DNA of 64,000 nt, taken from NCBI GenBank assembly GCA_001179505.1, contig CDMY01000113.1, forward strand, positions 62,001 through 126,000, read 5' to 3'. This document shows positions 63,501 through 64,000 of the stretch, one piece after another. The DNA comes from Vitrella brassicaformis CCMP3155. Taxonomy: Eukaryota; Protista; Chromerida. Position 1 is the stretch's first letter; each line of letters opens with the position of its first letter. The notes under the pieces were generated by a model. The model searched no databases. It was not told where the DNA came from and was given only the letters and a program-made list of their open reading frames with translations. The translations under genes were made by a program, and so were the position numbers.

Positions 63501-63906
63501 GGGCAGCCGCGAGGACCGGCGGCAGTCGAGGGGAGGGGATGGCGCCGGGCTCACTGACGAGCAGAAGGAGCTGCTCGACCTTGCGCACCGAGAGCGGCGC
63601 TACAGGCACAAGCCACACGGCGACTTGGGCGACTTTGACGACGAGGAGAACGAAGACGACGACGACAGAGATCTGGAGCCCATCTGGTGGAAGTTCGCTG
63701 CGCGGGGTCGCGCGCGCAAGTATGGCCAGCAGAGCTATCGGGGGCACATGCGAGGCGGGCGGGGGAGAGGCCGTGGGAGGGGGAGGGGCAATGGGGGGAT
63801 GCGACTCGACGAGTATGGCGAAGGAGATGGAGGCATGGACGATTTCGAGCTGCAAGAGGACTTCGCCGAGGACGGGTCGCCCTCATCCAGCAGGATGTAC
63901 CGGTGA
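58910..63906 (+). CDS. DEAH/RHA-family RNA helicase (DHX36/DHX57/YTHDC2-like)
   Basis: GDTGCGKTTQ, CTQPRRIAA, DEVH, MSAT, LVFLPG, LATNIAETSITI, QRKGRAGR, HA2 LTPLG..PLHP, SDH, OB-like region, C-terminal RGG. Confidence 0.95.
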
Positions 63907-64000
63907 GCAGACGACATCACGACACAAAGCCAGCACCCCACACAGGTTGTGACTGTATGTTCTTCTCTTCTCTCTCTTCACTTCACCAGCCATCGTCGGC

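Noticed and set aside
1-64000. Hundreds of 60-300-aa ORFs antisense to or overlapping real exons, or made of CA/GT/CAGA repeats (THTHT, VCVCV, LSVCLSV)
   Set aside because: They are shadows of high GC content and intronic microsatellites
1-64000. tRNA, rRNA or CRISPR arrays
   Set aside because: No cloverleaf with a T-loop, rRNA signature or regularly spaced repeat-spacer array was seen; the repeats found are microsatellites or two-copy duplications

Overview
Intron-rich, GC-rich eukaryotic genomic DNA with short GT-AG introns full of CA/GT, CAGA and GGAT microsatellites. The style and gene content best fit a chromerid alveolate such as Vitrella brassicaformis; this is an inference. I assembled about 17 spliced gene models by hand. 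They are SPT2, a Shewanella-like phosphatase, an EF-hand membrane protein, MBF1, DNA polymerase zeta REV3, cytochrome c heme lyase, a low-complexity protein with duplicated FKBP-like domains, HMG-CoA lyase, a TBC Rab-GAP, an unknown protein, a UBC/UEV-like protein, a single-domain voltage-gated cation channel (TLDDW filter), a triple-CCCH protein, a two-RRM Musashi/hnRNP-like protein, an EF-hand protein with a MIP-like tail, a signal+transit-peptide MATH-like protein and a DEAH/RHA helicase. The first 2.8 kb is a degenerate block bounded by 95-bp direct repeats, and 37.6-44.8 kb is gene-poor and contains a 300-N gap. The most notable observations are: (1) a 161-aa insert carrying a SUMO-site cluster, a SIM and an NLS that splits the REV3 CysA zinc finger; (2) a stop-free 89-nt intron in the RRM gene that could switch its C-terminus to a long hidden ORF; (3) the Ca-type single-domain channel; (4) a LOTUS-like domain on the helicase. 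I recognised no tRNA, rRNA or CRISPR arrays. Exon boundaries are manual inferences without transcript evidence.
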